Origin: a virus
Lineage: Duplodnaviria > Caudoviricetes
Direction: 5' to 3' (one strand)
Virus record (IMG/VR): IMGVR_UViG_3300046678_000400
Coordinates: 5,463 to 69,462 of that record
Length of the DNA stretch: 64,000 bases
The position numbers and the translations under genes are program-made. Under the pieces are notes generated by a model. That model was not told the origin of the DNA, did no database searches, and worked only from the letters and a program-made list of their open reading frames with translations. Shown piece after piece: positions 1 to 10,095 of the stretch. Each line of letters starts with the position of its first letter. Position 1 is the stretch's first letter.

Positions 1-114
1 TTATATGGAAGAGAAAGTTGTTAAAGAAATTGTTGCTAAAGATTTTCTATCAAAAAATGATAGAGTTATTCAAGAACATATCCAGAAGTCAGGATTTCCA
101 GGCTAATAATCCAA

Positions 115-1695
115 TTAAATTTCTTTAATTTGTTCTACCACGTATTGATTATAAAGTTTGGTATCGAAACTCCAATCAAATTCATCTAATTCCACACGGA
201 AACTCATGCTTTCAAAACAGCTAGCTTCTCTTTCTTTACGATTACGATAGGAAGATGTAGTGAAACCTTCATTAATCCATAAATTAACATCGTTAGCTGA
301 AATGCAGAGTTTAAAATCTTTTGTAATGTAAAAACCATTTTCTTCTTCGCTAGTAATTTCTTTCATTAAACTTCTATGAATATCATTCATTGTTGATTCT
401 TGCTGAGCTTGAGTTGATGCATTGTGTAAAGCCTGTACTAATTCATGGTCTTCAATGGCTTCAAGAGCTTCTTCCAAATTCATATCTTCCCAATTTTTTG
501 GAACTGTGCGTACACCATTATCCCAAAAATAATAATCATCCTCAAATCTTTTATTAATAAAGTTTATAACAAACTCTTCTGTTTTATTGTCTAGATTTCC
601 TACTAAGTCTTGGATTTCAACTCTTTCATAGCTAGGCCCATCGTTAACCATGTTTTCTATTTGTTCAAGATCAACATTAATTTTATTGTTGCCTATTCTT
701 GATAATGATTTTAATGTTGCGTCTAGGTGGTCAAACTGCATAACCTCTACTACTTCTCCATTAAGTGTATATTGTTCTCCAAAAAGTGTTTCCCTAATTT
801 CGCTTGGTTCAACACCAGTACCACGTTTGATGTATTGCTCTGCCATTTGGATTTGTTGCGGCAAATAAATAACAGTACGAATTACTAGAGTCGGAATTTT
901 GGCATTCATTATAAACACAGACAATCTTTTCATTAAGTTTACATCTGGTGGCTCATCATCTGTATCTAACCAATCTGACCCTTCATGTCCTAAAATAAGG
1001 GGTTTGCCACCTTCTCTAATTAAATAGAGCGGTGATCTTGCAGTATAATCATCAAAGTATTCTTTAAACCTAATACACCAATTAGTTCCTTTAAATAGAG
1101 GATGACAGGCTTGAGCACCTTTTCTTTTGTCTATATGTTGTTCTTTACTTCCATCTTCTCTCCAAGAAGAAATTTCTATCATTTCTAAAGCGCCTTCTCT
1201 AGCAACTACTTTATCTTCGCTACTAATAGCATTCTTTTTAGAAAGATATGCATTTACGACATCATCTATTCTGGCCCCTTGTTGAACTTGTGCTATAAGT
1301 TGCTGAATAATTTCTACTGGTTCACCGGGAAGTTTTTTCATCAACTCTTGTCTATACATTAGAGCTAATTGTTCTGGTGTTTTATTTTTATTGTTGGCCT
1401 TATAAACAGCATCATTTAATTCTCTTTTAAACCTGTCTATGGTATGAGCTTCACTGTCTTGAAGATTTGGTTTGTAGTTTTTTAAAAATAGAGAAATTGT
1501 AGCGGACTTACGAATATCTTCTGTGTTTTGTATTGATTTCTCAGCATCACTAAGTATTTTAAACAACTCTACATAGAAAGTACCCAACGGAAACTTTATC
1601 ATATTCTGTGGGAAAAGTTGTTGTAGTATTCCCATAATACGATTTTTTTGTTGTTCTACGGCTTCATCAAAAGACCAGTTATAAAATGAACGCAT
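115..1695 (-). CDS. Large hypothetical protein, probable virion internal protein
   Basis: 531-aa ORF; likely start MRSFYNWSFDEA 5 nt after TAAATA; GTNWC...F..Y...PLYLI motif seen in T4-like phage hypotheticals. Confidence 0.55.
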   Translation of the reverse strand: MRSFYNWSFDEAVEQQKNRIMGILQQLFPQNMIKFPLGTFYVELFKILSDAEKSIQNTEDIRKSATISLFLKNYKPNLQDSEAHTIDRFKRELNDAVYKANNKNKTPEQLALMYRQELMKKLPGEPVEIIQQLIAQVQQGARIDDVVNAYLSKKNAISSEDKVVAREGALEMIEISSWREDGSKEQHIDKRKGAQACHPLFKGTNWCIRFKEYFDDYTARSPLYLIREGGKPLILGHEGSDWLDTDDEPPDVNLMKRLSVFIMNAKIPTLVIRTVIYLPQQIQMAEQYIKRGTGVEPSEIRETLFGEQYTLNGEVVEVMQFDHLDATLKSLSRIGNNKINVDLEQIENMVNDGPSYERVEIQDLVGNLDNKTEEFVINFINKRFEDDYYFWDNGVRTVPKNWEDMNLEEALEAIEDHELVQALHNASTQAQQESTMNDIHRSLMKEITSEEENGFYITKDFKLCISANDVNLWINEGFTTSSYRNRKEREASCFESMSFRVELDEFDWSFDTKLYNQYVVEQIKEI

Positions 1696-1703
1696 GTTAT
1701 TAT

Positions 1704-1973
1704 TTAGCACCTACTCCACAACTCTTCCCCATTTTTTACCCAATGTAAAACATGATGGCCAGCAGTTGATAAATGTTTCTTTATGAATTGAATTTCACCA
1801 GAATGTGCTCGACGATGACAGTTGGCGCATAGAGTAATAACATTGATAGGATGATATGTGCCTTGTTCAATAATTCTATGAGCATCTAAAAGATCATAAT
1901 TGTTTTCTTTACAAACAAAACATTCTTTGTCGTATTGCTTTTTGCACTGTTGTCTGGTATACTTCTTTTTCAT
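1704..1973 (-). CDS. HNH endonuclease
   Basis: CFVC...DAHRI...NVITLCANCHRRAH zinc/HNH motif. Confidence 0.8.
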   Translation of the reverse strand: MKKKYTRQQCKKQYDKECFVCKENNYDLLDAHRIIEQGTYHPINVITLCANCHRRAHSGEIQFIKKHLSTAGHHVLHWVKNGEELWSRC

Positions 1974-1997
1974 CACCTTTATCATAGGAATATAAAA

Positions 1998-2363
1998 ATG
2001 AAAACTGTTAAAAAAATTGAAATTGTGGAAAGTATGAAATCATTATCCTTCCCAGAAGTAAAAGACACTACCAGCGTTAAGAAAATAAAATCAGCCGAGG
2101 CCGCTGTATATGGTATTTTGGTTGAAATGTTGACCGAACAAGAAGCTAGTGGTAGTTCTTTTGTGATTAGTCAAGACCCAAGCAAGCAAGCCTACATTAC
2201 AAGCATTGGTTGCTTAGTTAATAAAGATTCTGGATTGGAAGTTGGACAAAGAGTATTACTTCAAGGGCAATACGTTCCAATGCCAATCAAGAGTGCATCT
2301 GGTAGGGTATTAGGCTGTATAGATATGTCTAATATTAAGGCTATTCTTCATGAAGAAAATTAA
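1998..2363 (+). CDS. groES: GroES/gp31-like co-chaperonin
   Basis: GILVEM..EQEASGSSFVI...AYITSIG...LEVGQRVL...NIKAIL follows the Cpn10 pattern (RVLV, mobile loop, VxAVG, VKVGDxV, DILA). Confidence 0.65.
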   Translation: MKTVKKIEIVESMKSLSFPEVKDTTSVKKIKSAEAAVYGILVEMLTEQEASGSSFVISQDPSKQAYITSIGCLVNKDSGLEVGQRVLLQGQYVPMPIKSASGRVLGCIDMSNIKAILHEEN

Positions 2364-2617
2364 CGTTTACGAAGTCTCTGAATAAGATTTTTACCAGGAA
2401 ACCAAGGGCGACGAACAGTTTCAGTTTCTATTCTCTGTTGTGTCTGATTTCCGTCTCTATCTATAAAGAGTGGAGCTTGTTCGCACGCCCTTAAATCCGT
2501 GTGTGAATTTATAGCAGGTACTTGAGCTACACAACCAGGACAATCTACTGGTGTCAAATAGTCGAATATACAAAAGCCACAAAACAATACGGCAATAAAC
2601 AAAATGCATGTTTTCAT
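2360..2617 (-). CDS. Small exported/membrane protein
   Basis: Hydrophobic N-terminus, CPGC, basic C-terminus. Confidence 0.5.
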   Translation of the reverse strand: MKTCILFIAVLFCGFCIFDYLTPVDCPGCVAQVPAINSHTDLRACEQAPLFIDRDGNQTQQRIETETVRRPWFPGKNLIQRLRKR

Positions 2618-2958
2618 ATTGTACTCCTTTTCAATCTATTTATGCTATTGAAATGATTTTTATATTATTGCTGCTATTAACTTCATAATTAATGGTCTTG
2701 ATTGAATGCCAGTTAAAAATGATACTATTTTATCAGTAGAATTGATTAATTTCTTTTCACGATCAATAATAGCTTCTATTACTATAACTGCATCTGTAGA
2801 TAGTGGAGTATTTAATTGCTTAATTGCTTGAACTAGAGATTCTATTTCAGTTAGTACCTCTGGCGTAACTATATTCTTATTATCTTGAAGAATAATTATA
2901 GCTTCATTAAATACAGATTTTAACTCATCACTTGTCATACATTTATGTAGGTGCAAAC

Positions 2959-3159
2959 ATGGAAATAATAACAATAAGTTATAAAAAACCAAAAGCTAAA
3001 TATTATGGATATTGGAATAATCCTGATTGGTTATGGGAAAATTGTAAATGTACAGATTTTACAGATTATTTTCGGAAGACTTGTATTGATAGATACAACG
3101 AGATAACCGGAGAAAGATTAAATCTAGCAGCTATTGATAATCAATTAGATGATTATTGA
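2959..3159 (+). CDS. Hypothetical protein with ITISYKKP N-terminal motif
   Basis: ORF; N-terminus matches a motif shared with four other genes. Confidence 0.5.
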   Translation: MEIITISYKKPKAKYYGYWNNPDWLWENCKCTDFTDYFRKTCIDRYNEITGERLNLAAIDNQLDDY

Positions 3160-3548
3160 AATGGTGGACTATAAAAATTGATTAAGATGGTTCCTTCTTT
3201 GCTTACATTGCTTATTTGATGAATGGCTTGTCCATTTAACCCAGAGATTTCATTTTTATCAATATAATGGCTGCTTACTTTTTCTAAGTAATTATCATTT
3301 TCTTTAAATAAAGTTTCTAGTATTTTTCCCTCTATTACTTTAACAACGCAATTTGATCCTTGGTGGTCATGTACTGTACTTGTTTGTCCAGGTGCAAAAC
3401 AAATAACTACAACCTCTAGATGTTCATCCTTTGAAATTACTACTCTGGTGTATTTGTTATCTTCACTGAAAAAGACCGGAAGTTCTTTTTCGTCGTAACA
3501 ATAATCTTTTGCTAATTGGATTAGTTCATCTAATGTATAATATTTCAT
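3153..3548 (-). CDS. Cysteine dioxygenase type I family (cupin)
   Basis: FAPGQTSTVHDHQGSNC..KVIEG..LE, IHQISN, FYSPP: 3-His iron site of thiol dioxygenases. Confidence 0.85.
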   Translation of the reverse strand: MKYYTLDELIQLAKDYCYDEKELPVFFSEDNKYTRVVISKDEHLEVVVICFAPGQTSTVHDHQGSNCVVKVIEGKILETLFKENDNYLEKVSSHYIDKNEISGLNGQAIHQISNVSKEGTILINFYSPPFQ

Positions 3549-3563
3549 ATAATGAAATAGTGA

Positions 3564-5249
3564 CTACCAGCCAAATTCTTTCAAGAGGCTGTCCTGGCTT
3601 CTTCTAGGTCTATCAAACATAATCTTAGGTAGCAGATCAATTTCTATGTCAATCGGTTCTTCTAAAAGGTCTACTTGAATACCAACCTCAAGTTCTTCTT
3701 TAAGTTTTTGGTATTCTTCATTATTTAAAGCCTTTGTAATTAAGTCTACATCTTCCTCTTTGTTTTTAGTTGGGATCATAGGCATTTCACGACCCATAAC
3801 GTTACAAACATAAAGAGCAGCAGAAATACAAATCACCAAGTCATCATGCTTGCCCTTCTGTGCCTCTGGACGCTGTTTGGCCTTGTTGTAAATAAAAGTT
3901 TCAAGTTCTCTAATAACTCTTACGCTCTTAATGCCAACAATTCTATTCAACATGCAGGTTTGAAGAGATTCCATACAAATAGGACGTGTAACTTTGTTCA
4001 TGTTAAGTCCTGCTTTATCTCTTGTGTTTCCTTGAGTGAAATAAAGGTTATCATATCTCAACGAGTGCTGTAATCGTTCACAAACTGCTTGTCCTGGTCC
4101 CATAGAGTTTTCAACTGCAATTAATGCAGTATTATAAAGACTTCCCACCTGGGCCAACACCTGAGAAAATTTATATGTTGGTATGGTGTTTGAATAAAAT
4201 TCAGCTACTTGTTGCAGGTTGGACATATCCATAACTACAAAGGCACAATTATCGCCTTCATCGCCAACGCCTTCTGCGGCATCAGCAGTTATAATGTATT
4301 CTTTTCCAGGTTTAGGATTATCCCATACCCACATGGCACCGGGAACATAATCTCTATTCAAGAACATGGGATTATCTGTATTGTGTATATCTTCTGGCAT
4401 TGAATCCCATTCACCTAAAGTTTTTCTTTCAGGATTAATGCAAAGTTCTTTAAATTCTTTGATAACATCTGGGGAAATATAAGTTTCGCCGGAACTCAAG
4501 AAGTTTCCATCATATTCTTGAGAAAACTTCTTAACGCTCATGTTGGCTCTAGCTCTTCGTTCCCATTCAGGATTGTTGTATTCTGGATGTTCTTGCCATT
4601 TGATATCAACAATATAAAAGTCATTTTTCTTATCTTGTGCTTCGGTATAAGTTTGATAATACCATCCACCAGTACCACCGACGCCATTAACAGTAGAGAC
4701 AACAATACAATTTCCACCAGTAGATAGGGTTGGATAAATAGCGGCCCATGCTTCGTCCATTTTTGGAATGAATGCCGCTTCATCTATAACAAGATAAGTC
4801 AAAGAACGGGAACGGGCAGCACTAGGAGTAAAGAACCACATCACTGAATCTGTATCAGCAAATTCCTTTTCGTGATCGTTGTCATTATTCATTGTTGGCT
4901 TTAGAAACTCTGGTAGTTTCTCTTTGGCATTAGCAACCATTTTTCCAACATAGCGAGCTTCACGGTCGGTTTTGGAAAGAAACATAATGCGTTGATCGTT
5001 ATAGAAGAGACATTTCCACAATAACCACATAACAGTCGTGGTTGTAGCACCCGCTTGACGAAATTTCTTTAGAATACAATATGTGTGAACCTCAAACTCT
5101 TTAACCATGCGCTCTTGGAAAGGATATAGTTTGAATGGTAACAAACCCAGCTTTGGATGCATGATTTGTAAATACTTCTCAGCAAAGTATCGAAAGGATT
5201 TTCTACACTTTTTAACTTCTTCAAATTGTTCGGGTGTCCAGTTTGCCAT
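3564..5249 (-). CDS. terL: Terminase large subunit (T4 gp17-like)
   Basis: LYPFQ, FRQAGATT (Walker A region), LVIDEAAF (Walker B), STVNG, nuclease DAAEGVG and HDDLVI. Confidence 0.95.
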   Translation of the reverse strand: MANWTPEQFEEVKKCRKSFRYFAEKYLQIMHPKLGLLPFKLYPFQERMVKEFEVHTYCILKKFRQAGATTTTVMWLLWKCLFYNDQRIMFLSKTDREARYVGKMVANAKEKLPEFLKPTMNNDNDHEKEFADTDSVMWFFTPSAARSRSLTYLVIDEAAFIPKMDEAWAAIYPTLSTGGNCIVVSTVNGVGGTGGWYYQTYTEAQDKKNDFYIVDIKWQEHPEYNNPEWERRARANMSVKKFSQEYDGNFLSSGETYISPDVIKEFKELCINPERKTLGEWDSMPEDIHNTDNPMFLNRDYVPGAMWVWDNPKPGKEYIITADAAEGVGDEGDNCAFVVMDMSNLQQVAEFYSNTIPTYKFSQVLAQVGSLYNTALIAVENSMGPGQAVCERLQHSLRYDNLYFTQGNTRDKAGLNMNKVTRPICMESLQTCMLNRIVGIKSVRVIRELETFIYNKAKQRPEAQKGKHDDLVICISAALYVCNVMGREMPMIPTKNKEEDVDLITKALNNEEYQKLKEELEVGIQVDLLEEPIDIEIDLLPKIMFDRPRRSQDSLLKEFGW

Positions 5250-5340
5250 ATACTATATATGCCTAAAAAAAATAAAAATGGTATTGCCTTTGTATATGGA
5301 TTATGATATGATATGAAAATGAAATACAAAGGAGGTAACG

Positions 5341-5733
5341 ATGACCACGCAAGCGAAGTTCCGCAAAGTGTTACATGCGATTCTGAATGCCAATGTCACG
5401 GATCAACTTGTTGTACTGTGGGCAGAGTACAGGGATAATCTTCGTGAAATCGACCCGATGGAGATTCCAGAAAAGTTGCGGCCAAAGTTTATCAAGATGA
5501 AAGCCATCTTGGAGAGTCGCATGGAAGAAAACGTAGATACGTCTCTTTACTTCACTAAGTATCGCAGGCCAAGTATCTACACCACCGAAGAGCGGGCCGA
5601 AGAACGTCAGAAGGTTATCGCTGGTGATGCTTGGCAGCGTGCTTTGCATAACTTTGGCAACAAACCCGCAAAGTTCGTTCGCACTACGTTGCTTGAAATG
5701 GTAGAAAAACTTCCCAAAAGGGAGAAAAAATGA
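5341..5733 (+). CDS. Hypothetical protein
   Basis: GGAGG RBS; first of three overlapping ORFs ending at a terminator. Confidence 0.6.
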   Translation: MTTQAKFRKVLHAILNANVTDQLVVLWAEYRDNLREIDPMEIPEKLRPKFIKMKAILESRMEENVDTSLYFTKYRRPSIYTTEERAEERQKVIAGDAWQRALHNFGNKPAKFVRTTLLEMVEKLPKREKK

Positions 5734-6014
5734 TCCTTGTAACTGATTTTGCTGCTGATGGTTTTTATTGTCGTCTCAAGGCTAAACGACTTCATGTAGA
5801 TTATACTTTTCAGGTTTGGTATCCATATTCTGACCTAAAAGTTAAACATAATTGGAATCGTATTGCGTTTCCATCTCCTGCCAGTTTGGATTCAGTAGAA
5901 TTAGAATTTTATGATCTAATGTATCAAACATTTATGCGTGTTTTGAGAAATCCTCCCACATACGCAAAGGGTAATGGTCCTCTGGCTCCACGAAAAATCG
6001 AGGAAATACCATGA
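5730..6014 (+). CDS. Hypothetical protein
   Basis: ATGA overlap with the upstream ORF. Confidence 0.55.
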   Translation: MILVTDFAADGFYCRLKAKRLHVDYTFQVWYPYSDLKVKHNWNRIAFPSPASLDSVELEFYDLMYQTFMRVLRNPPTYAKGNGPLAPRKIEEIP

Positions 6015-6259
6015 CACCAGCCAGAAAACTCACTTACATGTTTTTGACGTTGCCTTATGTTCATCAATTAGAAGTTGCTAAAGAACTTGGCTTTGAAGTT
6101 AAAGGCAACACATGGATGGATAACTGGATTCCTGTTTTCACCCAAGCCAGAGAACAAAAGAAACTGGAATTGATGTGGGATAAAGTCGTTTGTCTTCTTG
6201 ATGAACCTTTCCACGGGCAGATAATGAAACTTCAAGCAAATCCATTTGTTGGTCGATAA
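6011..6259 (+). CDS. Hypothetical protein
   Basis: ATGA overlap, followed by a terminator. Confidence 0.55.
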   Translation: MTPARKLTYMFLTLPYVHQLEVAKELGFEVKGNTWMDNWIPVFTQAREQKKLELMWDKVVCLLDEPFHGQIMKLQANPFVGR

Positions 6260-6278
6260 ACTTTTGAACTCCAGGTTG

Positions 6279-6317
6279 AGGGGGAAGTGGCAAATGAATT
6301 GCTCTTCCCCCTTTTTT
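6279..6317 (+). terminator. Intrinsic terminator
   Basis: AGGGGGAAG / CTTCCCCCT stem followed by a T-run. Confidence 0.75.
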
Positions 6318-6338
6318 GTTTATTTGATATAATGTGAT

Positions 6339-6809
6339 ATGCATTTTAAAACCTTTATGGAAGCTATGAGCAATCAAAGAATTAAAACTTGCGCATGGTG
6401 CTACCAAGATATGCCTACGGGAGAATGGCGTAGTGGTGAATGGGTATGTCATGGATGTTTTCCCGAACACACTGGCAAACGGGAAGAAAAAGACGGCAGA
6501 CCATTTAAAAAGAGAAAGAAAAACGTTCAGGAAGTAATATTCAAACGTTGCTGTCATTGTGGCAGTTCATCCAATGAAGGTGGTTTTGTTGGTAATATGT
6601 GGGTTTGCTCTGGTTGTGATCCATCACTGAAACCAACAAGGAAGAAAAACAAATACGCAAAACATTCTAAAGTTGACCACAATGACTGGTACGATCAAAG
6701 TCCAAGAAAAAATAAGAAAAACAAAAATAAAAAACACAAAAATGGACTAATTCAAGTTGAGTATTGGAAAGTTGTAATCACAGAAATAAGCAATGGAAAT
6801 AAATTATAA
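6339..6809 (+). CDS. Double C4 zinc-finger protein with Lys-rich linkers
   Basis: Two CxxC-x13-WVCxxC modules. Confidence 0.6.
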   Translation: MHFKTFMEAMSNQRIKTCAWCYQDMPTGEWRSGEWVCHGCFPEHTGKREEKDGRPFKKRKKNVQEVIFKRCCHCGSSSNEGGFVGNMWVCSGCDPSLKPTRKKNKYAKHSKVDHNDWYDQSPRKNKKNKNKKHKNGLIQVEYWKVVITEISNGNKL

Positions 6810-7606
6810 TGAGAAAATTTAGACCGATATTTAAGTGTCACGGTGGCAAATATTATTTAGTTGATTTTATAATTAAGTTTTTCCCAAAAAATTATACTCA
6901 ATTAACTTACGTTGAGGGTTGCGGTGGTGCGGCATCAATACTGCTCAATAAACTAAAATCTGTCAAAGAAGTTTATAATGACATTGATCCAAAAATAGTT
7001 TCAATCGTTAGAGAGCTTGCATCCAAAGAACCTAAAGAGTTTATCGACTTAGTTATAAAAACAGAATATAAATATGATTCGTTTCAGTGGGCAATAAATC
7101 AACAAGGTGAAGATGCCAAAATTAATGCTGTAGCCGAACTTGTAAGACGCAGAATGAGTCGTGGTGGCTTAGGGAAAGCATTCAGCTGGAGCAATAGACA
7201 ACGTGGTGGAAGACCAGGAGAAATTAACTCTTGGGAAACATACAAAGAACAAATGTGGGAAGTTGCCGAAAGATTAAAAGACGTAGAAGTTTGTTGTAAA
7301 TCAGTCAATGATCTAATTGATTCATTTGAAAATGAAAATACTTTGTTCTATATTGATCCACCATACCTCCCTGAAACTAGACAATCTAAAAAAGTTTATG
7401 ATTTTGAAATGACGGAAGAAGAACATATTACACTGGCAGAGAAATTAAATAAGACGCCAGCTAAAGTTATATTAAGTGGTTATCAATCTCAACTTTATGC
7501 AAAACTTTATAAAAATTGGAATATGCAATGTATTTCAGTCGCCAATCATTCTGGACAAACAGAGATTAAGCAAAAGAGGATTGAATGCGTATGGACGAAC
7601 TACTAG
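6809..7606 (+). CDS. dam: DNA adenine methyltransferase (Dam/D12 class)
   Basis: GGKYYL, YVEGCGGAAS, YNDID, FYIDPPY, ILSGY. Confidence 0.92.
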   Translation: MRKFRPIFKCHGGKYYLVDFIIKFFPKNYTQLTYVEGCGGAASILLNKLKSVKEVYNDIDPKIVSIVRELASKEPKEFIDLVIKTEYKYDSFQWAINQQGEDAKINAVAELVRRRMSRGGLGKAFSWSNRQRGGRPGEINSWETYKEQMWEVAERLKDVEVCCKSVNDLIDSFENENTLFYIDPPYLPETRQSKKVYDFEMTEEEHITLAEKLNKTPAKVILSGYQSQLYAKLYKNWNMQCISVANHSGQTEIKQKRIECVWTNY

Positions 7607-7800
7607 AATTTAGATACAAAAAACCCACTAGACATCCATATCCAATAGGATCATCAGTAGTTTTTTCTGTTGAAGATATAAGAGAAGTAATAGGACATCG
7701 TGGTAAAAGAATGGTTTATCTTAGACATAAAGATGGTGCTGAGGTGCTTTACAATATTGAAGAATTAAAATACAGACCCATAATTAAACTAAAATCATGA
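7591..7800 (+). CDS. Small SH3/KOW-like protein with LEFRYKKP motif
   Basis: YPIGSSVVF beta-barrel-like start after the shared motif. Confidence 0.45.
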   Translation: MDELLEFRYKKPTRHPYPIGSSVVFSVEDIREVIGHRGKRMVYLRHKDGAEVLYNIEELKYRPIIKLKS

Positions 7801-8297
7801 AACGAATAGGAATTTACTCTGGTTCATTCGATCCTTTGACACATGGCCACCTTTGGGTCATGAGCCAAGGTGTTAAACTTTTTGATGAATTGTATATTGC
7901 TGTTGGAACAAATGTTTTAAAGAAACATATTTTTGAATGGGATTATCGCATTCAGATGGTTAAAGATAATGTAAAGTTTAAAAATGTAAAAATTGACAAA
8001 CTGCCCGGAACTATTATTGATTTTGCTAAGAATATATTGAAAGAAGAAACAAACGCCACAACTACACTTCTTAGAGGTATCCGTAACGCAAAAGATATTA
8101 GTTATGAATCTAATTTATGCGACCAGATAAGAGAAATAGATGATGGACTACAGACGGTATTTGTTATTCCGCCAGCTGAATATATTGACGTTAGTTCAAC
8201 TAATATAAGAGAAGCAGCAGAACAAAAGTATTGGGATTACGTGATGAATAGAGTTCCACCTAAGATTTTCAAAATCATAATGGAGAAGTACAAATGA
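7797..8297 (+). CDS. coaD: Phosphopantetheine adenylyltransferase-like nucleotidyltransferase
   Basis: YSGSFDPLTHGH (HxGH), NVLKKHIF, LLRGIR..D..YE, VSSTNIRE. Confidence 0.85.
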   Translation: MKRIGIYSGSFDPLTHGHLWVMSQGVKLFDELYIAVGTNVLKKHIFEWDYRIQMVKDNVKFKNVKIDKLPGTIIDFAKNILKEETNATTTLLRGIRNAKDISYESNLCDQIREIDDGLQTVFVIPPAEYIDVSSTNIREAAEQKYWDYVMNRVPPKIFKIIMEKYK

Positions 8298-8836
8298 AAG
8301 AAGATGAAATACTTGAATTTAATTATAAGAATCCAAATAAACCAACAGTAGCAGAATATACAGGTGGGCCAAGATTTTATGGCAAGCATCGCCATCGCAA
8401 ATACCCCAGCGGCCAGGACAATAGTAAACCGAACCTGGAATCGCCCGCCTTCCCTAGTGATGATGCCAATGCTCTACAGCAAGTTGCCTCTGGAGATTAT
8501 TGTTATTATTATGGAGCCGAGTTCCATCAAAATGAAACACTTCCAGCAGTAGCGGGTGGGGTTGCTGTTGGGAAAAAACACTTCTTTGGACCAACAAAAC
8601 ATACACCAACGAAAGGTACTTTAACAGGCATAGTTTATTATAATAATGAAGCCATACAGACATTCGTATTTTCTGGTGTTGGGGTTTGTGCCATTACAAA
8701 AATAGGCAAATCTAATAGTTTTGTTGTACTTATGGAGATAAGCTGGCAGTTAGGACAAATTGTATCTATTTGGAATAATCCAGTAAATATGGCAGACATT
8801 AAACTTATTGTATCTTATGAATCCGAAAGGCAATAA
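8294..8836 (+). CDS. Hypothetical protein, possible virion beta-domain
   Basis: ILEFNYKNP motif, then a beta-rich C-terminal half ending IVSYE. Confidence 0.45.
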   Translation: MKEDEILEFNYKNPNKPTVAEYTGGPRFYGKHRHRKYPSGQDNSKPNLESPAFPSDDANALQQVASGDYCYYYGAEFHQNETLPAVAGGVAVGKKHFFGPTKHTPTKGTLTGIVYYNNEAIQTFVFSGVGVCAITKIGKSNSFVVLMEISWQLGQIVSIWNNPVNMADIKLIVSYESERQ

Positions 8837-9033
8837 TGGAAATAGAAATATTAGAATTGAGTTATAAAGCACCACAAAAATTAATTGGCATTAATCCTGA
8901 TAGCTTTAATCCACGTAAAGGAATAATGACTAAATATGGCAAAAAACTAATAGAATATGGTGCTAAGTATTACAAAGGCATGAATATTAACAATAGCCTG
9001 CCAGATAGGTCAGAGGGAGTTACATATAGATAG
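8836..9033 (+). CDS. Small protein with ILELSYKAP motif
   Basis: ORF abutting the upstream gene; shared N-terminal motif. Confidence 0.5.
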   Translation: MEIEILELSYKAPQKLIGINPDSFNPRKGIMTKYGKKLIEYGAKYYKGMNINNSLPDRSEGVTYR

Positions 9034-9883
9034 GCAACATTCTCTTCTTGGCTAGCTGTCTCTTCTTTTTGTGTTGTTTTCTGATTTCGTTATAATCTTT
9101 AACTGGATGAATAATACTAGTTCTAGAATTAATGTCTATTATGGTAATTTCAGGTGCGTTACGAATTGGGTACTTTTCAAAATTTCCTCTCCATAATTCT
9201 GATTTATCACCACATATCAATTTTGGGTTATTTAGGTCTTGCCAATCTCCCTTATCTGCGCCTTGCCAACATGACAATTCTGCAAGGGAACCACCGAAAT
9301 GATATGCTAGTGTTGGCCAAAGTTCCTCTTCAAATGCCCACCTGTTATAACCAGGAAAATATCCCTTTTCAAAATCCTTAGTTTCTTCTAGAAATAAATC
9401 TATAAAGTTTATTATTTTAGATACAAAATTGCGATGTAGAAAATGGCAACACCCTAGAAAGTAGTAGGAATTGGCTATCTTGTCACCAACTAATTCTTCT
9501 AAGAATGATATAGTTTCATATTGCCGCAAGTCCACTCCCGCCATCCATACATTATGCCTTTCTAACCTCTCCAGATCAATTTTAAATGACCCGGAAGTGA
9601 ATAAGCAGTCATACTCCGCATAAACGAACCAATCACTATCAGGAAAGTAATTATATGCTTTTTTAAGACCCAAAGCGTAATTTCGGTAAGGACTTTTGTT
9701 GTGTGCGTGTAGAAAGCCCTCTTCTATTATAGAGTTTCCAATTTTAAGGTCTTTGAATAATGGCCAACCGATTTTATCTACTAGAAGAAGTGTTTGATTA
9801 CCTACCCAAGTTTCTGCGCTATCTACAGTATCACTTGTCAGTTGGGGATTTGTGTGAGTCAGAATTATTGTTGTTAGCTTCAT
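9020..9883 (-). CDS. GT-A fold glycosyltransferase-like protein
   Basis: TIILTH start, NYALGL, FVYAEYDCL (DxD-like), IIHPVK. Confidence 0.55.
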   Translation of the reverse strand: MKLTTIILTHTNPQLTSDTVDSAETWVGNQTLLLVDKIGWPLFKDLKIGNSIIEEGFLHAHNKSPYRNYALGLKKAYNYFPDSDWFVYAEYDCLFTSGSFKIDLERLERHNVWMAGVDLRQYETISFLEELVGDKIANSYYFLGCCHFLHRNFVSKIINFIDLFLEETKDFEKGYFPGYNRWAFEEELWPTLAYHFGGSLAELSCWQGADKGDWQDLNNPKLICGDKSELWRGNFEKYPIRNAPEITIIDINSRTSIIHPVKDYNEIRKQHKKKRQLAKKRMLPIYM

Positions 9884-10095
9884 AAATTAACTTATCACAT
9901 TTATGGCATCTAATAGTATATGGTCCATAGCCTCTTGTCCACAACCAAGCACCGTCATGTTTTTTACCGTGTTCTAGACAGAGTGGCCAAATTCTGCCGT
10001 CTCCTTGCTTCTTGGCTCCAGTGTAATCTATATAAAAATAGCAATGTTCCATAAAACTCCTTATAATTAAAATTAGTAATACACTTAAATAGTAT

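Noticed and set aside
4990-5080. Terminase pseudogene because Walker A reads RQAGATT with no Lys
   Set aside because: Lys-less variants occur in large-phage terminases; the other motifs and the reading frame are intact, with no intron or intein
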